Source: a virus
Lineage: Duplodnaviria; Heunggongvirae; Uroviricota; Caudoviricetes
Strand: one strand, 5' to 3'
Virus record (IMG/VR): IMGVR_UViG_2585427776_000015
Coordinates: 1-8,058 of that record
DNA length: 8,058 nt
Part shown: one piece after another, positions 7,654-8,058 of the stretch
How positions within the stretch are numbered: the stretch's first letter is position 1
Layout: each line of letters begins with the position of its first letter
Notes under the pieces: model-generated
Databases searched by the model: none
Seen by the model: only the letters and a program-made list of their open reading frames with translations
Told to the model about the DNA's origin: nothing
Program-made: the position numbers and the translations under genes

Positions 7654-8058
7654 CTAGATTAATGGTTTATTATTTTCTACATCTTCAATATATAAAAGCG
7701 TATTATCAATGGCGTAGTAACTGCGTTTGTTATGATTAACATCAGTAACCCACCGGAAAACGCCCGCGCCTGCCAGTGTTGAACAGTATTCCCGAAATGT
7801 AGATTTTCCGCAAATATGAAGCAATGCGGCCTCTTTTATTTTAGCAGGGTTCTTGGTCGTACTAACTTTTAACAGGTTCCTGGTTCCTCTTAATAACAAA
7901 ACCGTATCATCGTGAGTAATAATTCTGATGTTATCCGTAGCCAGATAATAAATGTAATGTGCAATACGGTGATGTTTTAATTCTGAATAAAACCAGGAGA
8001 AGTTTTGCTCTTTTCTCACTTGCTCAAACATCTTTTGAAAAACAACGACCTGATCCAT
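7654..8058 (-). CDS. ycgX: DUF1398-family protein, YcgX-like (134 aa); start codon at the window edge
   Basis: 134-aa ORF MDQVVVFQKMFEQVRKEQNFSWFYSELKHHRIAHYIYYLATDN...AGAGVFRWVTDV... resembles the E. coli YcgX/YbcV/YdfO (DUF1398) family as I recall it. The position next to iraM matches the K-12 order. ATG occupies 8056-8058, so the true start may lie beyond the window. Confidence 0.5.
   Translation of the reverse strand: MDQVVVFQKMFEQVRKEQNFSWFYSELKHHRIAHYIYYLATDNIRIITHDDTVLLLRGTRNLLKVSTTKNPAKIKEAALLHICGKSTFREYCSTLAGAGVFRWVTDVNHNKRSYYAIDNTLLYIEDVENNKPLI

Overview
This window appears to be the right-hand junction of a decayed lambdoid prophage integrated at the 3' end of icd (the e14 site of Escherichia coli-like Enterobacteriaceae). 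All protein identifications are from reading the translations and from memory of reference sequences; nothing was searched. Left 2.2 kb: lambda-like packaging and tail remnants, namely Nu1 with an altered C-terminus running into a 3' fragment of terminase A, an intact W, portal B truncated to about 40% of its length, and a tfa 3' fragment. Middle (about 2.56-5.66 kb): an intact, visibly lower-GC two-gene cassette. It encodes an McrB-family AAA+ GTPase whose N-terminal ~390 aa I cannot assign to any family, overlapping by 4 bp (ATGA) an McrC-family PD-(D/E)xK nuclease. This is the main candidate: a modification-dependent (Type IV-like) restriction or anti-phage system of unknown specificity. 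Right: about 700 bp of AT-rich non-coding DNA containing a 26-codon ORF with a strong Shine-Dalgarno and three tandem ~10-bp repeats; then a 165-bp icd 3' duplicate (attR-like), the icd terminator, and iraM-like and ycgX-like genes on the minus strand. The iraM upstream region also holds a second, degenerate copy of the icd-terminator element and a C10 homopolymer.
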